This document shows positions 41,653 through 55,244 of a stretch of 64,000 bases of DNA, piece by piece. Both the position numbers and the translations under genes were made by a program. The DNA comes from Utricularia gibba (Eukaryota > Plantae > Magnoliophyta), in contig NEEC01000009.1 of the NCBI GenBank assembly GCA_002189035.1, forward strand, positions 1,674,001 through 1,738,000, read 5' to 3'. The notes under the pieces are model-generated. The model was not told where the DNA came from and did no database searches. It saw nothing but the letters and a program-made list of their open reading frames with translations. Each line of letters opens with the position of its first letter. The first letter of the stretch is position 1.

Positions 41653-42264
41653 CTGACCCATCTCCAGTTCCTTTTTTTGTCCATGAAGGTGACCCTTGAA
41701 CACATGCCCCATCAGAAAAGAAGCCCTTTTTCTGCGGAACGGGGGGATGAACCAGTCGCGATCAAGGCCAGGGCCATCGCCTCAGCTGCGGCTCCTTTGT
41801 TCGTAGACATTAGATTGAACTTGTAAGAAACAGTGTTGGAATTTCGTGTTTTTAAATAATTCAGAAAACCCTTTTTTTTGAAAAAAAAAAAATCTTACAC
41901 GAGCCTATATCACAAAAGCAATGCTTTCATCTTGGTAAGGTGGGGGCCTCCAGTGGGGCCTACAAGACAAAAATAAAAAAATAGAAAATCCAGGTTTAGT
42001 GACTTTTTGTAGGGATGAACAAATTTCAGTTAATGATCGAAAAAACTGATTAAGGGAATCGAAACGGAAAATTTAGTTGGTTTCGGTTAGTGAAATTTGG
42101 CATACATTTATTTTTTAAAATAATTGAATAAATTTATGTATTTTTTTAACAATATTTTTAGAAGTCTGTTAATTTGGTAACACAACACCGTACCCAATAG
42201 TGCGATTCGATTTTAATTTTCACTTTATATATTTATATTCAGTTTCAATTAAAATTATCCTAGG

Positions 42265-42432
42265 AGTGTGTTTGATACATGAATAAATTAATATCACAGA
42301 CAAGAGATAGTATATAAAGAAGAGGTATATGACAATATAATTTTATTTCAATCCTTATACTTCTATTATTTTATCACATATTCATAGTATAACTTATATT
42401 GAATATCATTTATCCCATCTATCAAATATATT
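42265..42432. mobile_element. Decayed MITE (PIF/Harbinger-Tourist-like)
   Basis: The left end AGTGTGTTTGATA and the reverse complement of the right end (AATATATTTGATA) differ only by three G>A transitions; about 170 bp, AT-rich interior. Confidence 0.35.
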
Positions 42433-44212
42433 ATAATAATAAAAAAATTTCACCCATATATTTACTGGATTCAAGGATATTTGTTTTTTTATCTATATTT
42501 ATTGGTAACTGACAAATTTGCACTTTCTGTAGTAGTTTAGAGTATTAGGATTTAATTTTTTTGGATGATTTTTTATTTATTCAATTTTAAATAACCTAAT
42601 TGCAATACACGATATGATTTTTAAGCCACACTTCTTCTCCATTGTCATCTCCATCCTCATTCAAAAATGAGATTGATATCTATTCTTTCAAATAATTCGA
42701 TATTGGGTATTTTAGAAGCGGTATTAAAAAACTTTAGTGTGCAATGGATTTGAGGATATGTAATCTTGTAAGTAATTAGATATTCGATATTGATCTATTT
42801 CGAACACCAAACATTCACTCCTGAATCATGTTATATTTCGATGTATTATTGTTTTAGTAACGCTTCCGCACTATTACACAATTTGTGCACAAAAAATTTG
42901 GGTTCGGATCCTACTATAAATCCTTTGCTTTCAACCAAAAGATCTAATAGGGGTTTGTGACTTGGGGAGAAAAATATATTGTTGTTTTGGGGGGAAAAAA
43001 TAAATACATTCTTGCTTATCTGTCCTTCGTCTCCCCCACAAATCTCAACTGAAAGTCATCTGCAGTGCTAGCTGGGTATCAGCCTATCATCATCATTCCT
43101 CGTGCTCATCTACCATTCCCATTCCTCCTCCCTCTGCATGCCTTTTAAATTTTTTGAAGAAAAGAAAACCTAATCGGAAAGTATTTGCAGTGAGTTACCC
43201 AATCTGAACTGATTCCTGTTGACTATACGACAAGGGGACGCCGACAAACCGCGCACTTTCCAAGTATCGATGGTATGGAAAATCTAGCAAGTGTCTGCTT
43301 GTTGAAAGAAGAAAAAAGATTGCAGACAATGAAGCGGTAAAAAGATTGGAAGGAAGGAAAAATAGGACCACGAGGTCACTGTGAGTGTTAACCTCCATTT
43401 GTCGGAGTCGGACTCGCTTCTGTGTTCTTCGATGTTTGGGAATTTTCATGTTTAAAGAGTTGAACATCAATCATGCCCGTGCCACGTGCTGCTGCTTCTT
43501 CGTCGAGGTTTCATCCTGTAGAAACAAAAAATAACCCGACAATTTCCGATAGCCTTGGTAAATGGAAGAACGCCCATGAACCAGAGATGTGAAAGGCTTT
43601 CAGTTACTGTAGTAATGGAGGTGGCCACTTTAAATTAACTATTCAATTGGTTACACTAATACACACTAAGTTTAATTACACAATAAATATAGATCACAAT
43701 ATAAAAAATTAAATATAATCGATTATTAATAATTTATAATTTTTTATATATTTATATTTACTGATATAAAATTGATTGTTCTAAAACATGTCTTAAATTT
43801 AAACTTATTTTTGATATAGTTAAAACTTGTATTTTTTTATATGATTGTAGGTAGTACGTAAAACATACATCAATCTGGTTTTATCATCTAAGTTCAATTT
43901 ATCTTATTTTTTAACCGAAAGTAAAACCAATACAAGATCAAAACCAACTTGCCAAAGTGCAGAAACTCAGCCTGATGTGCTAGAGCATCTGAATCGTCTA
44001 GGTTTTGATGGTTATTAGTGTTTCTTTTTTTGTTGTTTGAATCTTGGATGGCACCCAGAGAAGTGGCTTCGTTCAGCATTGGCTACGCTCAGATGTGGAA
44101 GACGTGAGCCATGTGGTCTTCCTGAGTTGTGTTCGTGTGATGCGGTTCTGTTGTTGTTGAGCAGCATATAGTCCTCCTCGTACCTCTTCTCATCATGCTT
44201 CATTGAAGAATA

Positions 44213-45227
44213 ATGGATAAGCCCTTTACCGGTGTACGGAAGGGAGCATGGAGCGCGGCGGAGGACGCCCTCCTGAGGAAGTGTGTTGAATCTTATGGAG
44301 AAGGAAAGTGGCACTTGGTTCCACTGAGAGCAGGTAAACTCTGTGCAACACATAAGTTTGCCAAGTTGATGAAGGACACATGGGAGGGTTTTGCCGTGCA
44401 GGACTCAACCGGTGCCGGAAGAGCTGCAGGCTACGGTGGCTAAACTATCTGCGCCCGAACATAAACCGGGCTTGGTTCTCGGAGGACGAAGTTGATCTTC
44501 TCATCCGCCTTCATAAGCTTCTGGGCAACAAGTAGTTTGCTTTCTTTCCCTTTTGCTCCTTCGTGCATCATCTAACGAATGGTGATGAAACTGGTTTGCA
44601 GATGGACTCTGATCGCCGGCAGGCTGCCGGGGAGGACTGCGAACGACGTGAAGAACTTCTGGAACTCGCATGTTCACAAGAAGGCCGCCACCGCCACCGA
44701 CGTGTCGACAACGTTTCTCCCGAAAGAGAAGACCGGCGTTGTCATCAAACCCAAACCCCTTCGTGTGTCTGCAACACAAAGCGCACGTGCTCCCTTGGAT
44801 AAAGGGTCTCTTCTAGGAACATCTACAAACAAGAACCCTAATTTATCAAACCGTGGGAAGAAGCAAATGGGTTTGCTAATGGAACGCCGACGAGCTTCCG
44901 GTTGAGCGAGGTGCTGCAAACGGCAACACAGGAAGGGAAGCAACCCCGTGTGCTTCTTTAGAAAAAACTCCGCTTTTGGAAAGCAGTTGCGTTGCTGTTA
45001 ACCCTAGTTTTCCGACATCAGGTGATGAGGTCATCAAAGACGGAGGAGGAGAAGGCTTTTATGGATCACCGAGTAGCTGGTGGTGGCCGGAGAATGCAAC
45101 AGCATACGATGGGTGCCGAAACCTAAATTCACTGGATTTCTCCGAGCCTCTGGATCCAGTCCCGGAGGCGGAGGCGATGACGGTGGACGATGTCGACTTG
45201 CTGCATCTACTGTTTCAAGTCTCTTGA
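44213..45227 (+). CDS. R2R3-MYB subgroup 6, MYB-B; 3 exons, C-terminal domain out of frame as assembled
   Basis: [12 protein letters not shown]...[27 protein letters not shown]|[34 protein letters not shown]. The frame stops at 44905, but the segment SSWWW...VDLLHLLF (44976-45227), homologous to the MYB-A tail, follows in another frame. Confidence 0.9.
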
Positions 45228-47550
45228 AGCTCAAAAGGGGACACAGAACTCCATGGAAATCAAGCCTCAAGCTCCTCATTACCAACAGGCAAAAACAACT
45301 CTTGTTGCAGAAGATAGCAAGCCATGATTGTTTTATTTTCTAATCTTCATCCCCATTCATCAACAGTATATGAACTTTCCATCAATTGAATAACCTAAAC
45401 CCTCTCGTAGTGATCGAATGGGGAAAAAGAGCACGACTTTTTCCTTCATAAAAACAGTAGATTACACAGATTCTAGGTGTGTACTGGGTTTACACACAGA
45501 AAAAGCGCAGCTGCATCCATGACAGAGGCGAAGAAGAAGCTTGAAGAAAATGGCACTTCCCAGGAAGATGAAGAAGATGTACCTAACTGAAAGGAGATAC
45601 TCTGCATCTAGTAAGCAACGAGAATGCAGGGAAATCTGCTAAGGAGCTCCATGCCCAAATGCAGGGATTTTAATCATATGAATTTAGGGTATTCACACAT
45701 GTTCTTCCATGTAAATTACTGTCTAAATGAAAATGTTAATAAACAAATGGAGGATTTTTTCCACGGAAAAATAAGCCACTTTTGTTCTGAAAAAAAGAGC
45801 ATTAAGTTTGAAGAAACATTTTTTTTTTTCAAAAATTGCTTGTTGACAAGCAGGTTTAATTAACCCTAATTAAAGAAATAATGTTTCTATAAGTAAACTA
45901 ATTCAAAGGTATGTTGAAATTCGAAAGTAATACCAAAATTTAGTTATATAAATAACAAGAATTAAATCACATTAAAAAAATATTAGGTCAAATAGATTAT
46001 TAATGATATTCAATTTTTTTATCTATTTGATTATTTAAATTTAATTTACTAATATGTATTGTTTGTTCTATTATTATTTAATAGTTTCAATAGTTAAAAG
46101 TACATTGAATATTTTGAAAAATTATATAAAATAGGAATTTTAAAATTTTGTAATTTGAATTAAATAATCTACCTACTTTTATCTTCATAAAATAAAATAT
46201 ATTTTCCAATAAAAAAATAATATTCATTATAATATAGTACAACGTATACGTATGTTTTTTTAATCTCATTGTATATTCTAATTGGAGTTTTTTTTATATT
46301 CTTAGGTCATTACAGTTACCCCACAATTTTATGACAAAAAAATAATGTTGTGATTAATGCTCAACTAATAATCTTTTTTTTTTCTGGAGTTGAATAAATT
46401 TTTGCATTATTTTATCGTACGGCCAAAAAATGCCTCCGTAACTTTTAATAGTTTAAAAGGTTTCTTGAGGAATTTAATAGACGTCACTGGAATAATAATT
46501 ACGTCACGCGGATGACACGTCAACGGTGAAGTCTCAGCTTGCAGTAACGGTAACACTGTTCTGCGGTCGGACTTGACGGACGCGTTTTTCTTTTCCTGGT
46601 TCTGGGTCTGGTTCTTGTGGGTTACGGGAGGGATTCAACATCCGCCTTAGCTGGATTGCAAATCCCAAAAGATCCCATCTTTTTTTAAAAGAATTTTGTT
46701 CTGTCTCTTTCTCTCCCAGTTGTATGTCAGAATTGGATTTGTATGTATATGTGAGGGTTCGATCTGGGTTTCACCCACATCCCTTGGGAAGGAGGTTTGA
46801 GTCTGTGTGTTTGGAGCCCGCGGAGGGTCAAGCTTCGTTGAAGCTGCTCACCGCCGATTGTTCCGTAGGGGTGTTTTTTTCTTGGGCTGTGTTTGAAAAT
46901 GGGTATCTTGTTTGATGGAACGTTTTGTCAGAGATGGCCAGCCATGCTCCAGAGGAGCAGAGCAGATAGCTTGTGAAGGAAATAGTAAACAATTCCTCTT
47001 AAATTATTGTCGTTGCATTTAATTAGTTGGTCATTCTTCATCAAATGCAACCGAAATTATTTCTTTAATTTTTGGGCATCTTGACTTTCTCTTATAATTG
47101 TTTAGTTGGAGCTTGGAAGTTTCGTATCATTTATATTCCTTTTTCTCCATCTGGTGTCTGCTGTGAGAGCTTTTCCCAAGTGTGAATTCGGCCCTCGGGG
47201 TGTTGCCTAGTGGAGTTCACTGTCGGTGGCGAAGAATCAATATCTAGAGCCGGATTTCCGGTTTTGTTCTCCGCCATTGTGCTAGAAAGCTTGAATCTTT
47301 GGTCATTTTTGTTGGTGGCTGGGGTTTAGGTCCTAGCGATAGAAAGTGGGAACTAAAAGAGTCTTGAGTGGGTTTACCCAGTTTTCGGCATTTGTGATTT
47401 CGGATGCACGGTTTCATTGCTTCTTCAACGCCGGACCATGAATCGATTTTTTGAGGAGATCCCATTTCAGTTTATAGATTGAGGCTTTAGCACTGGTGAG
47501 AGTTTCTGGGATTCAAGCAAATCCCCTCTTTTCCGGGTTTGTATGTCCGA

Positions 47551-50500
47551 ATGGCTATGAACACGGGAGGAAGGCTGGTTGCTGGCTCTCACAATAGGAA
47601 CGAGTTCGTGCTTATAAATGCAGATGAAATTGGAAGGGTAAGTATTTTGTAACTGATGTATATTATTCATCTTCTTTGGCAACTTAAACTGTATTTTCCT
47701 TTTTTAGTTGCTTGTGAAAGTTAAAGCTGCTCTTCACGCAGTTGCAATTTCCTTGTAATCCATGCTCAATCGGGTCGCTGTTTTGATATCCGTAAAATTG
47801 GATTTGTTTTCGAAGTTTTTCAGCTCATCTGTTGATTCTTATTTTCATTTTCATTGTCTGATCATTTTAAGTTCTCTCGACAAAGGTTGGTATCTTAATC
47901 TTTTCTCTTCCTATATCCAAAAGATCTTCTTATTTGTAGTTCATTGTTGATTGAGATGATGTCAATTCCTGATTCCTTGCGTCTTTGTAGATTAAATTTG
48001 TTCACGAGCTGAGCTGTCAGACGTGCCAAATTTGTGGGGACGAAGTTGAGATAACGGTGGATGGTGAACTTTTTGTCGCCTGCAATGAGTGTGCTTTCCC
48101 GGTCTGTAGGACTTGTTATGAATACGAGAGAAGGGAAGGGAGCCAATGTTGCCCTCAGTGTAAAACCAGATACAAGCGCCTCAAAGGTTTTTTTCTCTCA
48201 TTTTCTCTAATGCACTTTGCCGATTTCTTCATTAATTGTATGATTTCACATATGCTTATCTCTTCCAGGTAGCCCTAGAGTTGAAGGTGATGAGGATGAG
48301 GATGGTGCAGATGATTTGGAATATGAGTTTGACTACAGCAATACGGACGCCTCAAACTTTTCACATGGAACTGGCAGAATAGCATCTGCCCATGGAGGTT
48401 CAGACGGACTCGCTTCAAAGTCCAGGCAAGACTTGAGACCACAGAATCCAGAAATTCCTCTTTTGACTTATCGTGAAGAGGTATTCCTGTGTGTTCTTGT
48501 TTTTTTATAATTCATTCTCAAACGATGCGACTTAGCATGGTCATCTTCTACTTGTAGGATGCAGATAGTGAATATAACCAGAGCGCTATAATAGTTCCTT
48601 CGCTTGCTAGCTATGGAAATGAAGTACGAGGCCCCCCTGTTAATTCAGGAAGTAGTAAGTTAATGCATATTGCTCTATTGCTTTTATTGTTCAAACGAAG
48701 TGTTATTTACTTGGTGTGTTTTGGGCATCTAGCAAATCCCCGGCCTATGGTGCCTGAGAAAGACATCGCATTATATGGCTATGGAAGTGTTGCCTGGAAA
48801 GATCGTATGGAAGACTGGAAAAGGAGGCAAAATGAAAAGCTTCAAGTAGTGATGCATCAAGGGGCTGATGTTCCTAAGGATTTAGATGCATATGACCCAG
48901 GAATGCCCATGTGAGTAAATATAGTCTTAGTCATCTGCTTCGTTGTTTCATATGTTTGTCATTGCATGAAAACTGAATATTATCCTTGTGCTGCTCAATT
49001 TTATTAGGATGGATGAAGGGAGGCAGCCACTGTCAAGAAAACTACCCATTTCTTCTAGCAAGATAAACCCTTACAGATTGATTATTATTCTTCGCCTTGC
49101 AATTCTTGGCCTTTTTTTCCATTATAGAGTACTAAACCCGGTGCCTGATGCATTTGGCTTGTGGTTGACATCGGTTATTTGTGAAATATGGTTTGGTGTG
49201 TCATGGATCCTTGACCAATTCCCAAAATGGTATCCTATTGAGAGGGAAACTTACCTTGATAGGTTGTCTTTCAGGTATTTTAAGTGGTGCATAGTGAAGG
49301 TGGTTGCTTAATGGAAACCTTTACGGTCTTTGACAATTTTCTAATTTTTCAGGTATGAGAAAGAAGGGCAACCATCAGAGTTGGCAAATATTGATGTATT
49401 TGTTAGCACAGTTGATCCCATGAAAGAACCTCCGCTTATTACAGCAAACACTGTGCTCTCCATTCTTTCAGCAGATTATCCTGTTGATAAGGTTTGTTGT
49501 TATGTCTCCGATGATGGTGCAGCCATGCTTACATTTGAAGCTCTATCCGAAACGTCAGATTTTGCTCGAAAATGGGTTCCTTTTTGCAAGAAATTTAACA
49601 TTGAACCACGTGCTCCAGAGTGGTATTTTTGCCAGAAGATGGACTATCTAAAAAAAAAAGTTCATCCTGAATTTGTGAGAGAAAGGCGTGCCATGAAGGT
49701 ATTCATTTCATGAGATAAAACAGATGCAAAGGTTCTTGATCTTTTTGCTAATAATTCTCTCCTTTTTTTGTTTATTGTGTACAGAGAGAATATGATGAGT
49801 TCAAAGTTCGAATCAATCGTTTGGTAGCTATTGCTGAGAAAGTTCCTGAGGATGGATGGACAATGCAGGATGGTACACCATGGCCTGGAAACAATGTCCG
49901 GGACCATCCTGGAATGATCCAGGTGGGTGACTCTTCTGTCTTCCCTTTGGATGCATCCTTTCTTTATTTTTTTTAAATGGAGCTTGTTGATACAGTATAT
50001 TCTATTGCTTTTATCCAATGGAGATTTGGTAAATTATATATTAAGTTGAGGGATTGAGACATCAAATACTCTTTATGTTCCATATGTTGTTTCTGTACAT
50101 TTTCTGGTATAATAATGGAAGGAGCAACGCACTTATCCAAATCTGAACCTAATTGTATATGCAACATTTTTTTTTTACAACGGCATCTCATTTTGAACAG
50201 GTGTTCCTTGGAAATGATGGTGCTAAAGATGTAGAGGGTAATGAGCTCCCTCGTTTGGTATATGTTTCCCGTGAAAAGCGGCCTGGCTTTGAGCATCACA
50301 AGAAGGCTGGTGCCATGAATGCATTGGTAAGGCCTGTGTGCATACTGTAGTGAGATTATGACCCTTCTCTATTTATGGGAATCAAGGAAAAGCACCCACT
50401 ATTTAGCTTGTATTATATTACCTATCCAGCTGCCAACTTATTTGTTTTCAACATATTCAGATTCGTGTGTCAGCTGTTCTATCAAATGCCCCCTATATCC

Positions 50501-52487
50501 TGAATGTTGACTGTGATCACTACATGAACAATAGCAAAGCACTCAGAGAAGCTATGTGTTTCATGATGGATCCTACTTCGGGAAGGAAAGTTTGCTATGT
50601 GCAATTTCCACAAAGATTTGATGGAATCGATCGTCATGACAGATATTCCAATCGCAATGTCGTATTTTTTGATGTAAGTTTATATTCCTTCGGCTATTCA
50701 TTTTCCCAATCTCTTTCTCATGGAAAGTGAGTGAATTCGTTGAATTATGCAGATCAATATGAAGGGCTTGGATGGCCTTCAAGGACCTATATATGTTGGA
50801 ACTGGATGTGTCTTCAGAAGGCAGGCTCTTTATGGCAAAGATGCACCTCCAAAGAAGAAACGGCCAAGCAAGACCTGTAACTGTTGGCCGAAATGGTGTT
50901 GCTTTTGCTGTCGTTCTAGGAAAAGCAAGAAAGGCAAGGGTAAGAAGGAAAATAAGAATTCGAAGCATAGAGAAGCCTCCAAGCAAATTCATGCCCTTGA
51001 AACTATTGAACAAATTGCTGAAGGTAGAATTCATTCTTGTCATTGGTTCTGAAACTTTTATTTCAAAGTTATAATGTAAGAATATTGAAAAAAGTTTCAT
51101 GTAACTCACAGATCCAAAACCTCTGAGTACTTCTCTGTCTCAAGAGAAACTTGAGAAAAGGTTTGGACAGTCTCCTGTTTTTGTGACTTCAACCATACCT
51201 CTAGATGGTGGAATTCCTGATGGTGTTAGCTCCGAGGCACTTTTAAAGGAAGCTATTCATGTCATCGGCTGTGGTTATGAAGACAAGACAGAATGGGGGA
51301 AGGAGGTAACCTCATCACCTTAAGCTTCAATCATTAAAATGAACCATTTTTGGACTCTTCATGTTCTAAGCATGAGCTGTTAATCAGGTTGGGTGGATAT
51401 ACGGTTCAGTGACTGAAGATATTTTGACGGGTTTCAAGATGCATTGTCATGGGTGGCGTTCAGTTTACTGCATGCCAAAGCGGCCTGCATTCAAGGGGTC
51501 TGCTCCTATCAATCTCTCAGATCGTCTTCACCAAGTTCTTAGGTGGGCTCTTGGATCTGTTGAGATTTTTCTGAGCCGACACTGTCCCATTTGGTATGGA
51601 TTTGGCGGTGGATTGAAATGGTTGGAAAGGTTCTCTTACATCAACTCTGTTGTGTACCCCTGGACTTCATTACCATTGCTTGTATATTGCACGCTGCCAG
51701 CCATCTGCCTTCTTACAGGAAAGTTCATCGTACCTGAGGTATGTCCCTCTGCAATGCAACTATTTGTCTAGTCGTGATACTTTGCATGCATGTTTCTCTC
51801 GATGCTTTCATGGTAGAGAAGAGTAATACTCAAACATGTTTGCTTTTGCTTGGATTTCACTCATCTAACCTGTAGCTCACACGAACATTACTCTTCCAGA
51901 TCAGCAACTATGCCAGCATAGTGTTCATGGCTCTTTTCATCTCAATTGGCGCAACGAGTATACTCGAAATGCAATGGGGCGGCGTTGGGCTGGACGACTG
52001 GTGGAGAAATGAGCAGTTTTGGGTGATCGGAGGAGTCTCTTCGCACCTGTTTGCATTGTTTCAAGGCATGCTAAAGGTGCTTGCTGGTGTGAACACCAAT
52101 TTCACAGTCACCTCAAAAGGTGGAGACGATGGGGAGTTCTCTGAGCTATACATTTTCAAATGGACCAGTTTGCTGATCCCACCAACCACCCTGCTGATCC
52201 TGAACATAGTGGGGGTGGTGGTCGGCATTGCGGACGCCATTAACAACGGTTATGACTCTTGGGGTCCCCTGTTCGGTAAGCTTTTCTTCGCGATCTGGGT
52301 TATCATGCACCTGTATCCATTCCTCAAGGGACTGACAGGGAAGCAAGAGCGAGTCCCCACAGTGATCCTCATCTGGTCGATCCTCCTTGCTTCTATACTG
52401 ACCCTCGTTTGGGTCCGGATAAACCCGTTTGTCTCGAGAGACGGACCGGTGCTCGAAATCTGCGGGCTCAACTGCAATGACAACTAG
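47551..52487 (+). CDS. CESA6: Cellulose synthase A, CESA2/5/6/9 (CESA6-like primary wall) clade; multi-exon
   Basis: [26 protein letters not shown], zinc finger CQICGD...[47 protein letters not shown], class-specific [12 protein letters not shown]-terminal TM helices. Confidence 0.95.
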
Positions 52488-52873
52488 TAAGAGGAAGAAG
52501 AAGAATGGTTTTGGCATATTGATGTTGCAAGAGAGGAATAAAGATGCGTGTAGATAGAAGCAGCAGCAGCAGGGGTGTGGAGAAATCCCTTGATTTGCTG
52601 TTCCTTTTGATTTGGGGTTTGGGATATACCACCCCTGCTTCTGCTGGGCTCGGTACTTTTCATTCCATCATCATGTATCATCGCCATGATTTTTTGTAAC
52701 TTCATTGTGCAAATACAGTTACACAAGAGTCAAGATGTCATCTTTAGTCCTTGATGTCATAGTAGGAATGGCGAATTCAGCATCTGCTGTAGTAAGTAGA
52801 TGTTATACACACTCGAAGGTACAAAACAATAATCAATGGAGAAGAAGAAGAAGACAGCCTGCGCCCTGCAACC

Positions 52874-54367
52874 TTAAACAAGCCTGGTGAGGGGGACTCT
52901 GGTTGTGTTACTACTAGCAGAAGAGATGTGGGTGATCTTCTGTGGCATCGTCATCCCTCCAGATACAATGATTTCTGCAATTCACAACCACCCTTAAAGC
53001 TAAGAACATGCAGTTGTTGATTTGTCTGATTCATGGCGGATAGGGGAAGCTCAATGCGTACCTATTCCTTCACGGATGGAGAGATTAGGCCTTAGAATGT
53101 CCTTGGAACTAACCAGGACAATATCACCGATGTACAAGTGGTTCGTGGGGACAAAAACACTGCACAGCTCTTCGTCTCCTTCGTCTGTCTGAAGGCAGAA
53201 AAAGGCTAATAGAGTGATTACAGCAGGGGGATGAAGTAAAATATTGTACCTGGAGGAGAACTGATGAAGTGATGAAGCCAAATGCATATTCTCCCATGCG
53301 CGGGTGCCGAATGATTGCCACTTCCTTAAAGGCTGTTTTGTTCTGGTCTACAGAATCAAAAGGTTTCCGGGAATCAAAGGAATAAACCGGCGCTGAGAGT
53401 CAAACGGGGTAAGGATGGTGTGATCTACCAGGAGAAATTGCAGAGCTGATCTGCTTGGAGGCTGAGTAAATGTGCCTAATGAAGGGCATTCGTTTTATAA
53501 CCCATTCTCCGACCCAGAAAACCGTCGCGCCCAACCAGGAAGACACGAAGACCCCAACAAGAAACACAAATACCAGCGACGTAACAAATCCAAGTCCTGC
53601 ATCGATAGTAACATCAAGGCACATATCAGAGCACTCCTACGAAGCAGATCAATTTCAAGAGTACAAGACACCGCTAACTTTTCAAGTTTTCTCTGCTTAA
53701 AATGTCAACATACTGCAAACGGGTTCAAAGATAAGAAATGCTGATGGGATTCATAAGAAAGAAGAACCACTGACCAAATATTTCAATGTCGAGCTGCTCG
53801 TACAGAGGGCGAAAGAAACCATCAATAAACTGAATTAACCACCAGGTTATGAAGAATGTAACAGCAACTGGAAATAGAACTACGCTGCAGCCACAGGGTT
53901 ATTTTGGCATCATGTCCTTAACGAATAAAGAGCAGGATCAAATATCTACATCGCAAGAAAATTCATTACCATCCAGTCATGAATTTCTTAGAAACCCAGC
54001 TCTGCAGCACGTAACAGCAGGCCTGGAGCATCAGTAAACAATCAATCTAAGAAGCTTAATGATCATTCCACATAAAGATCACATTTTTTTCTCTAACCGG
54101 TGCAGAAACAAAAAAAAAAACGATGAATTTTCATATAGAAAGAGAAATATTCCCCACCCAGAAACAGAATCACAAAAAACCCAGTTACGGTATGGTGCAA
54201 CAGTAACCAAAATTGAGTTCACTGAAGTAAGGACTGACCCTACGAGTTGAGGACTCAGAAGAAGCGGGGGAGGATTTCACGGAATCATCGAGATCTCGCC
54301 CTTCCTCCTCTTCTTGGCGAAGAGTTTGACTCAGAGGCACAGATGAGGCATCTTTTTCAGATCCCAT
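52874..54367 (-). CDS. LCV2: LIKE-COV (COV1 family, DUF502) membrane protein; multi-exon
   Basis: MGSEKDASSVPLSQ...SSTRR, GLGFVTSLVFVFLVGVFVSSWLGATVFWVGEW.IKRMPF, AIIRHPRMGEYAFGFITS, VPTNHLYIGD, EIIVSGGMTMPQ; TAA at 52874-52876. Confidence 0.9.
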
Positions 54368-55244
54368 TTTCGGCAAGCAATAAAACAGATGGGGTTCTCG
54401 GAATTCAACGCTGTTTCAATTGGGAAGATGAGAAACCGATCCCCGAAGACTGAAACGAGGAAGAGGAAGCCGGTGAGAAGAAAAACTAATAAATTGTAGT
54501 CAAGGGTCTTCGTTTTTCATATCGTGATTTTCAACGAAGGATGTAGATTGACAACCAATTAACTTAATAAATTCTGAAACTTACGCTACAAACACACACA
54601 CACTCGCCCGAAAGAAGAAAAACCAATATAGCCTCATCCAATTGCAGTGAATATATATACACACACCTGAGGCGTCGTTGCGCAAGCAAGAGACACAAGA
54701 ATGAAAATGGTAGATGACTCAGACGATCCCCAGTAAATTTCTAGATTATCACATTAGCTACATCAATAGTCACAGTCGCACTTACTATCAATGACAACCA
54801 AATCATGGACAAAATTAAAAAGCAACAGAAGAGGGAAACTCTTCCCCTCCCCCGCCGTCTGCGCATATCCAATCTGATCTAGTTTTGTCCCATTGATCCA
54901 GAAACACAGATGACTTGGAGATCTCCCAACTCATCGAAGAAGAAGAAGGTATTTCAATGAGAAATTGGGGGGAATATCGAGCGACTATTTGTGGAATAAC
55001 CGCCATTCCTAAAATGTAATTTGTGTGGGTGGGCCCACGGCCCAAATTGATGATACGAGGGGACGGATGGGGCTAATTAAAGCGTCATTTTTGCATACGT
55101 GGATGGCGGGCCCACTGCCCTACACGAAACAAAATCCAGAGACCCGCCACGGCGGCACCGACTAGGGAGTCCAACACCGACACCGCGACACGTAAGACAC
55201 CCGCTGCCAAATTTGAAAACGTGGATAGGATACGACGGATACTC

